Origin: a virus
Reading direction: 5' to 3' (one strand)
DNA: 64,000 nucleotides
IMG/VR virus record: IMGVR_UViG_3300005663_000045
Location: 4,632 to 68,631 of that record
Part shown: in pieces, positions 36,789-47,715 of the stretch
Layout of the letters: every line of letters begins with the position of its first letter
How positions within the stretch are numbered: the first letter of the stretch is position 1
Notes under the pieces: model-generated
What the model saw: the letters and a program-made list of their open reading frames with translations, nothing else
Told to the model about the DNA's origin: nothing
The model's database searches: none
Program-made: the position numbers and the translations under genes

Positions 36789-37328
36789 ATGAAAAAGCCA
36801 AGGACGGCGCTGAAGAGAACGCCATTCAAAAATAAGGCCCGACCCAGCGGGATAGCCCATCAAAGCAAACCCCGCGAAGGCCGAGCCCGGAAGAAACCAG
36901 ACCCCAACTCTCCGTATCAGTTGAAAAAGGCTGATAATCGCTGGAGTAAGGTAGTCCGGGAAAAGGCTGATTACAAGTGCCTTTTCTGCGGCCGCAGCGG
37001 GCGTGACTACAACCCCGATACCGGGATTCCCTACGTCACCAACGCCCACCACATGATACCCAAGGGGGTAAGTAAGTTCTACCGCCACAACATCAATAAC
37101 GGAATCTGTTTGTGCTTCTATTGCCACAAGCACCACGAGGAATGGTCACCCCACGCGAACAAGACGGGTTTCTGGAAGAAATTGAAGAAGGTCGCGCCCG
37201 TGGAGTATCGCTGGTACATGAAGCGCAAGGATGAAGTCCACCCCAGCGTAAAGGTGAACTACAAGCAGGTGGCAAGTGTGATGCAGGACATCCTCGACGG
37301 GAAACTGTTGGGAGAGGAAGAGGAATGA
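36789..37328 (+). CDS. NinG/HNH-type nuclease
   Basis: ADNRWSKVVRE...CLFCG...AHH...NGICLCFYCH. Confidence 0.75.
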   Translation: MKKPRTALKRTPFKNKARPSGIAHQSKPREGRARKKPDPNSPYQLKKADNRWSKVVREKADYKCLFCGRSGRDYNPDTGIPYVTNAHHMIPKGVSKFYRHNINNGICLCFYCHKHHEEWSPHANKTGFWKKLKKVAPVEYRWYMKRKDEVHPSVKVNYKQVASVMQDILDGKLLGEEEE

Positions 37329-38110
37329 ACGAGACAATCAAAGAACGCGGGATACCATTCTCAGGCGAGATGGTCCGGGCGATTCCCGACGGGCGAAAGA
37401 CGCAGACGCGCAGGATTATCAAGCCGCAACCGGATTATTCAAGACTGAAACCCTACGTTATATTAAAAGCCCATCGCTGCCCCGAACTTGGACCTGTTCA
37501 TCTTGGGCGGCGACAGTGGGGGCTGTATGTTGAACCGTACAACGCACGCGATGTTCCTTACGTTGCATACAACTGCCCCTACGGTGTCCCCGGCGACCGC
37601 CTGTGGGTGAGGGAGGCATTCGCTTACGTTCGAGAGAATAAACTGGGACCACATCGGCAGCCATGCCCATCACATTTATATCGGCGCACAGCCCTACCTC
37701 AATGGCCAGAACCACATGATCGGCGAATTATTTGGAAGGCAGATGGGGCGTTTTTGTTTCGTGATGGAACTGACGTTAAATGGAAGCCCTCCATCCACAT
37801 GCCACGCTGGGGGTCTCGGATACTCCTGGAGATAACAGACATCCGCGTCGAGAGGGTGCAGGAGATCGGTATATACGATGTCGCCGCCGAGGGGGTGGAT
37901 TGCACGGGGCTGATAGAGGGATTTGAGATCGAGGCGGATGGGCGCGCTGACGGAAACGAATATGACGCCCCGGATGATTTCGTGCAGATAGCAAAGGAGA
38001 AGTTCGCGACTCTTTGGGACTCACTCAACGCCAAGCGGGGATACGGCTGGGATGCAAACCCCTGGGTGTGGGTGATCGCGTTCAAGCAAATCGTAAATGT
38101 AAATGACTGA
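37325..38110 (+). CDS. ASCH/PUA-like phage protein
   Basis: FSGEMVRAI.DGRKTQTRR, CPYG.PGDRLWVRE, WKPSIHMPR, VERVQ, WDANPWVWVI. Confidence 0.8.
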   Translation: MNETIKERGIPFSGEMVRAIPDGRKTQTRRIIKPQPDYSRLKPYVILKAHRCPELGPVHLGRRQWGLYVEPYNARDVPYVAYNCPYGVPGDRLWVREAFAYVRENKLGPHRQPCPSHLYRRTALPQWPEPHDRRIIWKADGAFLFRDGTDVKWKPSIHMPRWGSRILLEITDIRVERVQEIGIYDVAAEGVDCTGLIEGFEIEADGRADGNEYDAPDDFVQIAKEKFATLWDSLNAKRGYGWDANPWVWVIAFKQIVNVND

Positions 38111-39328
38111 CTTCGCGGAAATCCTGGTTGAAGAGCTTTTCAAGCGCGGCATGACGGAATACGACAACCCGAAGAAGTACGGAGAGGCGAAATGGGCGCA
38201 CGAAGCCGCCGAGAAGCGGTGGAAGGAGATAACAGATGCCTTGGAACCCATCACCGGAAGTAGCAGTCGCGCAAGACGCGGCGAAGAAACTGAACGCTGA
38301 GGTCGGCGTGGTGGTGATCTACGTGAACCGCGACACCTTGGGTATGGCGAGCTACGGCCACAATAAGGCTCTCTGCGCTGAGATGGGCAAGCTTGGCGAC
38401 CATCTCTATGAAGCAGCAATGGAATATATTGATGAGCATTAAAGGCTACAGGCCGGACAAGATTGGCGGAATAACAGAGCCGTCATCCTCTCGCTGGGGT
38501 CCGCTGAGACCAGAGGCGAAGGATAAGCGCACTACTGCTTTGGAGGCCCAGAGGCAACGGATACAGGGTGATCTGGCTGTACTCGGGGAGGCCGCTCCCG
38601 AACGGATCAGACAGCGACAGGAACCAAGGTCCACTGAGGACCGCGCAGAGGTCTACGACCGCATCAAGGTTTACCGCGCCGGGGATCCAGGGGCAACGTG
38701 GCTGGAGATATGGTTAGGCACGCCGAACCACTACAGCAATGCGCAGTCGCTTCGGGGAAGCATGGTAGATGAGGCCCGTAGTCGCGGCGAACAGTTCCCG
38801 TCGAGATACAAGTCGAAGCCGCTGTTCAAGGAGAAGGAAGATGGCTAGATGTATTAGATGCGGTGTGTATATGGGTAGGATGGGTAGGCGTATTTGTGGT
38901 GAGTGTATGCAAGAGTGGAAGCAACGGCGTACAGATACATTTGCTCAGGCGGTAGAAGAACTAGGCCCGCTGACAGCCAAAACACACAAGGTAATCCTCA
39001 AGCGAGTGAAACATCTTGAACGTGCCGCCAAGAAGGAAAAATCTAATGAATAGTCGCACGGAGTCGATGTATGCCAAGATTGTGTTTCATGGCAAACACA
39101 TTGCAATTCACCATCAGCCTATCGCTGCGGGACACACTGATTATTACGCGATAACCAAAAACCTTGGTGGTATGTTAGGTTGGATTCGATGGTATGCGAA
39201 CTGGCGACAGTATTGCTGTTTCCCCTGCGAGGGCACGATCTGGTCAGTTGATTGCCTAGCCGACGTATCCACATTTACAGAGAAGTTAAATACTGATGCT
39301 GCCAAAGCTGCCAAGGAAAGATAGGTAA

Positions 39329-40327
39329 ATGGCGAAGTCCCCGGCATTCCAGATGTATCCGAAAGACTGGCTGAGCGACCACCGGGTCAAGCGCCTCTCC
39401 TGGGCCGCCAAGGGCTATTACGCCGAACTCCTGATGTTGATGTGGGCCGAAGGGACCGATTCCCTCCCGGATGACGATGCACAAATTGCGAAAATTTTGG
39501 GTGTTAGACTCTCTCAATGGGGTGCAATTAAATCCCAAATAATGTACCCTACCGACCCTATGTTCTTGGCAGAAAACGGGCGCTTGGTATCCGAGCGGTT
39601 GCGCGCCGAACGCCTGAAGCAGCAAGAGTCTAGGACGAAACGACAGAACGCCGCAGCCAAGCGATGGGGTAAGCAAAGCATATGCAATGCAGATGCAAAG
39701 CAATGCACTGCTTCTTCTACTGCTTCTGCTACTGCATTAACACCCTCTATATCTCCCTCTTTGAATGAAGCCAGCGACCCAGACGATGCTCGGTACGGCG
39801 GCCCCGTGCTGCCTCAGTTCAACGACGGGCGAGACCTCACCCCCCAGGGACGGAGAGCCTGGGAACTCCTGGAGCCCCTCAGAGAGAAGGCAGAGGCGTT
39901 CCCACCACCGGGTGATAAGCATTTGAACCGGCTTGGTGCGGAGACCGAGCCTGCCGCCCTCGAAAAGATGACTGTTGGGGATCTGAACGAAGCCGCACGC
40001 GACTACCAGAAGCGTTACGGGAAGGACACGACCGCCAAGTGGGGGATTGGTTATCTCATATCAATCTTGAACCGGAATTGGACCATCAGCCGCGAGCAAG
40101 ACAAAAAACAGGAAGCTCGCGATGCGGCCAAGAACAAGCTGGCCGTCGACTTGGCCTCGAAGCAAAAAAGCGAGGACGAGTATAAGCGCATGAAGCGGGA
40201 GTGGAAGAAGCTCTCAGTCTCTGAGCAGCTTGGCGTGATGGAAAACTATAAACGTGAATACAACTTCAAGACTGCCCCCGAATCCGTGGTGATTCAGTGG
40301 TGGTGGAACAAGCAACAGGGAGAGTGA
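39329..40327 (+). CDS. DUF1376/YdaU-like replication initiator protein
   Basis: KSPAFQMYPKDWLSD...GYY..LL..W...LPDDD..IA; AKRW. Confidence 0.75.
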   Translation: MAKSPAFQMYPKDWLSDHRVKRLSWAAKGYYAELLMLMWAEGTDSLPDDDAQIAKILGVRLSQWGAIKSQIMYPTDPMFLAENGRLVSERLRAERLKQQESRTKRQNAAAKRWGKQSICNADAKQCTASSTASATALTPSISPSLNEASDPDDARYGGPVLPQFNDGRDLTPQGRRAWELLEPLREKAEAFPPPGDKHLNRLGAETEPAALEKMTVGDLNEAARDYQKRYGKDTTAKWGIGYLISILNRNWTISREQDKKQEARDAAKNKLAVDLASKQKSEDEYKRMKREWKKLSVSEQLGVMENYKREYNFKTAPESVVIQWWWNKQQGE

Positions 40328-40328
40328 G

Positions 40329-41327
40329 ATGAAAGCAATAGGCACGAACATTGTCAAGAAAATCTCGGTTCCCACTGGCGATATTCTCATCATTAAAGGG
40401 TCTGTCGGATTGTTGGAAATGGTGTCACTTGGGGACTACGGCAAAGAGGTAAACCTAAAATGCGACGCGATGGACCTCAAGCGAGAACCCGCCCCGGTGA
40501 AGCATACAAAGTTGCTCCCATTGACGGAGAAATGGGTTTTAACAATATCGACACAATACGGCTGTTCGATGAATTGTACGTTCTGTGATGTACCACAGGT
40601 GGGGCCGGGTAGAAATGCGTCGCGTAACGACATGACCAAACAGCTCCTTGCTGGCCTATCAATCCATCCCGAAATTGAGTTTACACGAAGGCTTAATGTG
40701 CATTTTGCCAGGATGGGTGAACCGACGTGGAATCCCGAAGTGTTGGAAACGGCTCGATGGCTCAAGACACACATTGACCCCGAGTACGCAGTGCATCCGG
40801 TGGTATCCACGATGATGCCGCGTCATAACGAATGGCTGAGGACGTTCATTCACACTTGGATGCGGATTAAAAATCGCCTGTATCGTGGCAATGCGGGATT
40901 GCAGATAACCGTGAACTCCACAAGTCCGGCAGAACGGGAAGCAATATTCAATGGTAACGCCCTCGACTTGTGGGGTATCGCAAAGGTTTTAGATGGGGTA
41001 ATTCCAAGCGGCAGGAAGATCACACTGAACTTTGCTGTAGCAGGCTTCGTTGTAGAACCGGATGAGATCAAGCGATATTTCGATCCCGACTATTATATTA
41101 TCAAACTGACGCCAATGCACAAGACCCAAGCGGCAGAAAGTGGCGGGCTGAAGACCAGCGGAGACTATACAACCTACCAGCCGTACCAAGAACTAGAACA
41201 GGAATTCATAGGCGCAGGGTATGATGTGCTAGTGTTCATCGCAAGTGCCGCAGAAGATGATAGCCGGATTACTTGTGGGAATGCAATCCTATCGCACAAG
41301 GGGGCAAGCCAAGGAGAACCCCAATGA
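40329..41327 (+). CDS. RlmN/Cfr-like radical SAM enzyme
   Basis: ISTQYGCSMNCTFC, ARMGEP, C-terminal ITCGNA. Confidence 0.8.
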   Translation: MKAIGTNIVKKISVPTGDILIIKGSVGLLEMVSLGDYGKEVNLKCDAMDLKREPAPVKHTKLLPLTEKWVLTISTQYGCSMNCTFCDVPQVGPGRNASRNDMTKQLLAGLSIHPEIEFTRRLNVHFARMGEPTWNPEVLETARWLKTHIDPEYAVHPVVSTMMPRHNEWLRTFIHTWMRIKNRLYRGNAGLQITVNSTSPAEREAIFNGNALDLWGIAKVLDGVIPSGRKITLNFAVAGFVVEPDEIKRYFDPDYYIIKLTPMHKTQAAESGGLKTSGDYTTYQPYQELEQEFIGAGYDVLVFIASAAEDDSRITCGNAILSHKGASQGEPQ

Positions 41328-42169
41328 CTGACACATGCCCGAAGTGTGATGTTTGTGGAAAGCCAATGACTTTATCATCCAATGAGAATTATTGGTTTTG
41401 CCATTCGTGCGAGGAACAGCCAAGCAAGGAGCAGCCTTTCACAGGCAAATGCCCAGGGTGTGGCAGCGGCGAACTATTCCACATACCCAATAGTGACTCG
41501 TGCAAGAAGAGTCAGATGTCACTGCTCCGCCGCCAGCTTGAGCAGGCCAAGGAAGATGCAGCCGGATGGAAGGAATTGGCCGAACAGGAATCACGGATGC
41601 GAGCGGAGATGGTCAGCACTGCAAGAGACATTGCTGTTCTTGAAACTAAACTTGTTTGCAAGGCAGAGCTTGAGCAGGCCCGGAAGCGTATCGAGGAATT
41701 GGAAGACAAGAACCTCCGCCTCGTAATACACGTCGGAGAATTAGAGATAAGCTTGAAGCGTTTCGGCAACGCCCACAGCATGTCGCAGGTGCGGAGACTA
41801 ACGGCCCAATTGTTAGTGTTAGATGTGAAGGAGACGGATTGACATGGAAGATCACGTAGGCCAAAAGCTGCAAATAGCAAACTCGCTGTTGCGAGAGGCG
41901 ATTAAAGAGCTTGAAGTCCAAAACGCCCGTCTCCAAGCTGTTTTAGACAAGCTGCCCTCTTTGGAAGCCATTTTGGATAGTATGGCTCGTATCCAGAAGT
42001 CAATCGAAAGACACATCTCTTGGAAGAAGTACCGACAACCAGGCGGGACGGAAGGCCTTGTTCATGGGAACCTAGCCCACCACAAAGAAGCCCTCTTGGA
42101 TTATTCACAAGTCATGCAGACACTAATATTCACCCGCGAAGCAGCAGAGAAGGCGAAGGGAGACTCCCA

Positions 42170-42697
42170 ATGAAAACATACGCAGTCTTAGGCTACACAC
42201 AGAGCGGGAAATCGACTGTCGGCAACATGATCGCCAAGGCCACGGGAGGGGATTCCGCGAGTATCAGCGATTACCTGAGCGTCCATCTCGGGGACGTATG
42301 GGGCCGACATGGGTATGAGATACAGAATCTCAAATCGCATCCAGTAGCTGGGCCTTACATCCGCCAGCAACTCTACGAACTCGGCCGCCTTGCAGAAGAC
42401 CAAGACCCCCTCTCCATCATCAACCAGATGCTCGCAGATGACGTCAGCATCATCTGTGGGATGCGGACGATAGTAGAATTACAGGCCACAATCGAGGCCA
42501 AGCTGTTCGATCAATACTGGTGGGTGTCGAGGTCTGGGAACGTGGCCAGGGTAACAGACAAAGTTCATTATCTCAGCTTGGACGTTCGTCTCTTCAACAC
42601 ACCTTCAGAAATAATGTTTATGTTCATCGACAACAGCGGAACGCTTGAGGACTTGGAATACAAGGTCCTCGACGCACTTGGAAAGGAATCCAAATGA
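42170..42697 (+). CDS. dNMP kinase-like P-loop protein
   Basis: GYTQSGKST Walker A, RQQL, IDNSGTLEDL. Confidence 0.7.
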   Translation: MKTYAVLGYTQSGKSTVGNMIAKATGGDSASISDYLSVHLGDVWGRHGYEIQNLKSHPVAGPYIRQQLYELGRLAEDQDPLSIINQMLADDVSIICGMRTIVELQATIEAKLFDQYWWVSRSGNVARVTDKVHYLSLDVRLFNTPSEIMFMFIDNSGTLEDLEYKVLDALGKESK

Positions 42698-43134
42698 GCA
42701 AGCTAATTAAGGTCTACATTGCCGGGCCGTACAGCAAGCCCGACCCCGTGGAGAACACGCGGTTCGCAATCCTGTTCGCAGATAGGTTGCTGAGGGCGGG
42801 GTACGTGCCATTCGTTCCGCACCTGACGCACTTCTGGCATTTTCTGGAGCCCCATCCATATCGAGACTGGCTCGATTACGACAGCGAATGGCTTGAGGTC
42901 TGTGATTGCCTCCTGCGGATGGCTGGGGATTCGCCCGGCGCGGATGCCGAGGTCGAGCAGATGCGCGAGTTGGGCAAGCCGGTATTTCATACGGTTCTTG
43001 AGCTTGCAGCCGCGTTCGCGCCACCAAAACCAGAGGCCCTACCAGAACTGGCAAGAAGTAGAACCACAGAGGATACAGAGAACACGGATTCGCCCGCCAT
43101 AGCCTCGGCGACGGCGGGAAAGGAGTGTGTGTGA
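42694..43134 (+). CDS. Nucleoside 2-deoxyribosyltransferase-like (DUF4406/DUF1937-type) protein
   Basis: VYIAGPYS, PFVPH, CDCLLR, SPGADAE, GKPVF. Confidence 0.75.
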   Translation: MSKLIKVYIAGPYSKPDPVENTRFAILFADRLLRAGYVPFVPHLTHFWHFLEPHPYRDWLDYDSEWLEVCDCLLRMAGDSPGADAEVEQMRELGKPVFHTVLELAAAFAPPKPEALPELARSRTTEDTENTDSPAIASATAGKECV

Positions 43135-44107
43135 TGGCAAAGAAGGCAATAGATAAACGGCTAGGCCAACTTGAGAAGAAACAAAAGAGAACACAAATAA
43201 CAAAGAAGACGACAGAGGAACGCCTAGAAGAACTTGAAGAAGGCATGAGATGTATGGACGAAGGCCATAGCTGGGACATAACGGCGGACTCCCCCGTGTT
43301 TCGGGTGGATACGCCCTCTATGGAATACCATACATACTATACGCTTTCGCTTATAAGGGAGTGCCGTATGTGTGGGAGAAAAGAAGGGGCATACTTTCAT
43401 CTTGAAGACCCAGCCCACTACAAGCAGTTAAGGGAATTTTTTGGTTATGGGCCGCAGCGCGGCCAATTTCGCTGCATTAAGGAGAACAGAAATGCCAAAG
43501 AAAAAAGCTGAGAAAACAGACCCCGTGCTAGAAATGGTTCGGGAAATTCGGGATGACACACGCAAGTTGCGGCGCTCGCAATGCAAGAAAGACGGCGGGC
43601 ATTCGTGGGTTTGGGCGCAGGATAAACAAGTATTTGGCGGTTTTGCTTGGTCGGTCATGCTTGGAGAAGCGGATGATGCTTACTTGGAACTTCAGCGGAA
43701 ATGTCGCTTCTGCGGGGCAACAGAACTGAGGACGTTCAATCTCCTGAACGGCGGCGGGCGTCGTCGAATGTACAAATTCATCCGCGGCGAGTAAAGGAAC
43801 CCAAACAGAAAGGACAGAACTATGCCTAATGGCGGTGGAACAGGTTACTTCGATCATTCAGATCAGCAGGATCATCATCACCAAGAAATTGAATCCTTGA
43901 AAGCAGAGAACGCGCGGCTGCGGGCTAACCAGATTGCCGCCCGAGTATGGTGTGACGAGCAGATGGAGAAGTACAAAATGGATGCTGACGCCTGCCAGGC
44001 CATTGCAAAGATTCTCACCGAGGTCATGGTTCGGCAAGAATCCTGAATCATGCAGGGAAGCGATGAATCCGCCATAGCTTCAGCGAAGGCGGAAAGGAGT
44101 ATCAGGG

Positions 44108-44950
44108 ATGACGAAGAAACTACGAGTACCAAATCTGGTTATTGTCTCCGACCTTCACTGTGGCTGCAGGGTTGGCCTATGCCCGCCGGAGCCCGTCTCC
44201 CTCGACGGAGAGGGTACGTATCACGCCTCCAAGCTCCAATTGAAGATGTGGGCGATGTGGCGGGAATTCTGGGATGTATGGGTGCCGGAAGCATGCCGGA
44301 ATGAACCATATGCGGTGGTTGTAAATGGCGATTCGTTAGATGGTGTACACCACAACTCCACGACACAGATTTCTCACAATCTCAAAGACCAAGCCGATGT
44401 TGCGGAGGCCATATTGAAACCCATCGTGGAGGCGTGTGACGGTCGGTTCTACATCATTCGCGGCACCGAAGCCCATGTGGGCAAGTCGGGAGTAGAAGAA
44501 GAGCGCTTGGCAAAGTCCTTGGGCGCTGTCCCGGACGAGGCTGGCCGATTCGCTCGATACGAATTATGGGCTCGTGTGGGTACGGCCCTGGTCCACCTCA
44601 TGCACCACATCGGGACGACTTCGAGTAGCGCCCATGAAGCAAGCGCCGTGAATGCCGAACTGACCGCTTCGTATGTAGAGGCGGCGAGATGGTCCGAAGA
44701 GCCTCCTGATTACGTGGTCCGCTCACACAGGCACAGGGCGATCGTAGTGGATCTCGATTGTGCCAAGGGCTACGCCGCAGGGATAGTTACCCCAGGCTGG
44801 CAGGCGAAGACGCCGTTTGCTTACAAGATTGCAGGAGCGAGGCTCGCCCCTCCGCAGTTTGGTGGTTTCTTGATACGCCAGGGGAATGAGGAGCATTTCT
44901 ACCGCCGCAAGGTCTTCTCGATAGGGCGACCGAAAGAGGTGCGGGTATGA
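44108..44950 (+). CDS. Calcineurin-like metallophosphoesterase
   Basis: SDLH, NGD..DG, RGT..H, MHH, SHRH metal motifs. Confidence 0.8.
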   Translation: MTKKLRVPNLVIVSDLHCGCRVGLCPPEPVSLDGEGTYHASKLQLKMWAMWREFWDVWVPEACRNEPYAVVVNGDSLDGVHHNSTTQISHNLKDQADVAEAILKPIVEACDGRFYIIRGTEAHVGKSGVEEERLAKSLGAVPDEAGRFARYELWARVGTALVHLMHHIGTTSSSAHEASAVNAELTASYVEAARWSEEPPDYVVRSHRHRAIVVDLDCAKGYAAGIVTPGWQAKTPFAYKIAGARLAPPQFGGFLIRQGNEEHFYRRKVFSIGRPKEVRV

Positions 44951-45606
44951 CCGAGCAGATAACGATGGACGAGTGGCTGGCGGAGATGGACAAGATACAC
45001 GCTGACGACGAGGGATTAACGGGGCCAGAGATAGCGAAGATATCAGGCCGGTCAGAGAGTACGACATTCCGCATGCTCTTTAAGGGCCTTACTGCTGGTC
45101 GGTATACCAAAGGATATGCGACTCGGACAAACAGCAGGGGTGCTTTGAGGCGGGTGTCCGTCTATCGAGTGGTGAGCGGGGATGAATGGCAGCAGGAGCT
45201 GGAGAAGTGGTCTGGCGGGGATGACGGGCTGACCACTAGAGAAATAGCGAAGATGTTGGGGTGCTCTATTAGGCCAGCCTATCACATGATTCACAAGGGA
45301 ATCGCCGCTGGGAGATACACCGAGGGTTACGCCCTACGGGCAGACAGGATTAACCGACAACTGCGTGTGCCCGTCTATCGGCTGGTGAGCGGGGATGAAT
45401 GGCAAGTGGAAGTAGATAAATGGTTCAAGGAGGACCAGGGATTGACGGCGGTAGAGATAGCGAAGGCGTCAGGTCACGCCAAGAACACGATGCGCCGGTT
45501 GATAAACAGGGGCGTTGCTGCTGGCAAATACATTAAGGGCTTTGCTTATCGGAGGGACAAGAGAGGCACAAAGATTCATGTACCTGTTTACCGGGTGGTG
45601 AAGTGA
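44947..45606 (+). CDS. Protein of three tandem winged-HTH-like repeats
   Basis: DEW...GLT..EIAK..G....G..AGRY..GYA.R.....VPVYR three times. Confidence 0.7.
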   Translation: MTEQITMDEWLAEMDKIHADDEGLTGPEIAKISGRSESTTFRMLFKGLTAGRYTKGYATRTNSRGALRRVSVYRVVSGDEWQQELEKWSGGDDGLTTREIAKMLGCSIRPAYHMIHKGIAAGRYTEGYALRADRINRQLRVPVYRLVSGDEWQVEVDKWFKEDQGLTAVEIAKASGHAKNTMRRLINRGVAAGKYIKGFAYRRDKRGTKIHVPVYRVVK

Positions 45607-46072
45607 AAAAGATCCTCCTCGAAGACGCCGAAGGCGATCCGTGCTTCATCGGGCATACCGACCCGTGCGGTTTTGCCCGCGAGCAATATGTGTTCGTGCA
45701 GGTTGGCGGCAAGGTGGGATGGTTCACAGCTAAGGGTGCGCGCGAATTCGCCAAGACGATAGAAGAGGCCGCCAAAGAACTAGAGGTGGGCAAATGATGC
45801 GTCTATCCACAATCATCTTCAATTTGGCTGTCGCACTGGCCGCCCTGGTGTGGGTGCTGCAACAACTGGGGCTGATTCCATGAAGAAGCTCTTGGATATC
45901 CTGCTGGCTATCGGAGAGCGGGTGTATGAGTTTTTCTTCGGGACAGGAGACACGAAATGTTAGCTGGAACACCAACAGGAATAGCGTTAGGGATGATGGC
46001 GCTTGTGCTGGTCGGCGCGTGGTCGCTAGCGTATCTGTTTAGATTCAAGGGGTTCGGACGAAAGGAAAACAC

Positions 46073-46558
46073 ATGACTCGCGAACTGAAATTCAGGGCAT
46101 GGGATCAAGCCGAAAAGAAATGGATTCCTGGCGGTTATGGTTTCCACATCACTGGCGAGGCCATGATGTTGGGCGGGCTGTTTCAAGATCGCTGTCTTGG
46201 GGAACTCGACGATGTTGAAATAACACAATGGACCGGCTTGCTCGACAAGAATGGGAAGGAAATTTTTGAGGGGGACATCGTGGCCACTGGCACATCGGAG
46301 GATCACGTTCTTGCGGTTGTGCGCTTCGGTAAGGGCGAGAGAATCTGTTGGCATTACGACGACCATAAGGAGCTAGAGTTTCACGGCTGGTATCTGGAAG
46401 GGCTGATTGATTGTGAAGATGAGTTGTACAACCGCGAGATGATAATCGTTGGGAACGTCTATGAAAACCCATCTTTGGTGGAAGATCGCCAACGAGCGCA
46501 AGAAGAAAAGCGCGACAAGGAATGGGAAGAATTGAAAAATAGCAAGGGGTGGGTGTAA
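46073..46558 (+). CDS. YopX-family protein
   Basis: RELKFRAWD, QWTGLLDKNGKEIFEGDIV, IVGNVYENP. Confidence 0.88.
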   Translation: MTRELKFRAWDQAEKKWIPGGYGFHITGEAMMLGGLFQDRCLGELDDVEITQWTGLLDKNGKEIFEGDIVATGTSEDHVLAVVRFGKGERICWHYDDHKELEFHGWYLEGLIDCEDELYNREMIIVGNVYENPSLVEDRQRAQEEKRDKEWEELKNSKGWV

Positions 46559-46658
46559 CTATGACGCGCGAAGAACCTACAGGCCGGAGTTTCAAGGACG
46601 CTCTCATTCGCCTTGTGATAGACGAATGCCCAACTGCTGGCCGTGATGGGAGAATGAG

Positions 46659-47435
46659 ATGATACCCAAGCCGATATATGACAAGCACCAATCCCTCTCC
46701 GACTGGTCGATACTCCTGGGCTATCGCGGGTCCATCGCGCATGGGATGTACGTTCCCAACACCGACCCGAACTCCATCGACGACAAGGACGTGATGGGGA
46801 TCGTCGTCCCACCAAGGGACTATTACTACGGGCTCAAGACCTTCGGATCCAAAGGGACGAAGGAGATCACGGACGGTGAATGGGATATCGTCCTGTTCGA
46901 GTTGACCAAAGCTGTTCGATTGCTCGCCAAGGGCAACCCCAATATACTACAGATCCTCTGGCTGAAGGAAAACTACTACATCAAGATCACCCCTGCGGGT
47001 CAGTTGCTGATAGACAACCGCGAACTGTTCGTCGGCAAGCACGTGTACCACAGCTTTGTCGGCTACGCCCACGGCCAGCTTCACAAGATGACGCACTGCC
47101 CGGGCAGGGGGTATATGGGTGCCAAGAGAAAAAGACTCGTCGAGAAGTTCGGCTACGACACCAAGAACGCCTCCCACTTAGTGCGCCTACTCCGTTTGGG
47201 GATTGAGTTTCTCTGTGATGGGGAGTTGCAGGTGGAGCGCCCTGATGCACAGGAACTTCTTGCGATCAAGCGAGGGGAATGGCCTTTGGAGAAGATCGAG
47301 GCGGAGGCTGCGAGGCTGTTTGAGGTCGCACAAGAGGCGCTTACCCATTCCCCGCTCCCGCCGAAACCGGAAACAGAGAAGATAAACGCGCTGTGCGTGG
47401 ACATTGCTGAGTGCTGGCTGTCAGATAAGGAGTAG
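46659..47435 (+). CDS. DNA polymerase beta-superfamily nucleotidyltransferase (YcgL/RlaP-like)
   Basis: GSIAHG...DDKD..G, GNPN.L..L, GYA..Q, GYDTKNA.H.VRLL, LLAIKRGE, LPPKP. Confidence 0.82.
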   Translation: MIPKPIYDKHQSLSDWSILLGYRGSIAHGMYVPNTDPNSIDDKDVMGIVVPPRDYYYGLKTFGSKGTKEITDGEWDIVLFELTKAVRLLAKGNPNILQILWLKENYYIKITPAGQLLIDNRELFVGKHVYHSFVGYAHGQLHKMTHCPGRGYMGAKRKRLVEKFGYDTKNASHLVRLLRLGIEFLCDGELQVERPDAQELLAIKRGEWPLEKIEAEAARLFEVAQEALTHSPLPPKPETEKINALCVDIAECWLSDKE

Positions 47436-47715
47436 CAAGATGGAACAGGTTAAAGATGTAGATTTGGCGGAGTTGGTGGATTCCTCGGAAGGCGAGATCT
47501 TTGCCGAGAAGCAGCGGTCTGTAGCTGGCTTGGTCAAGAAGCTGCTGCAAAGGCAGGAGATCCTGGCCAAGGAAGTCATGGCCGCCGAGAAGTCCTTGGC
47601 GAAGAAAAAAGAAGGGCTTTTCAAGGTCGAAGTCAAGATCACGAAGCTGCGAGACGGCGACTGGTCCGTGCTTCAAGAGGACAAGCCCCAGGGCCAGCAA
47701 GAGAACTGACAACAT

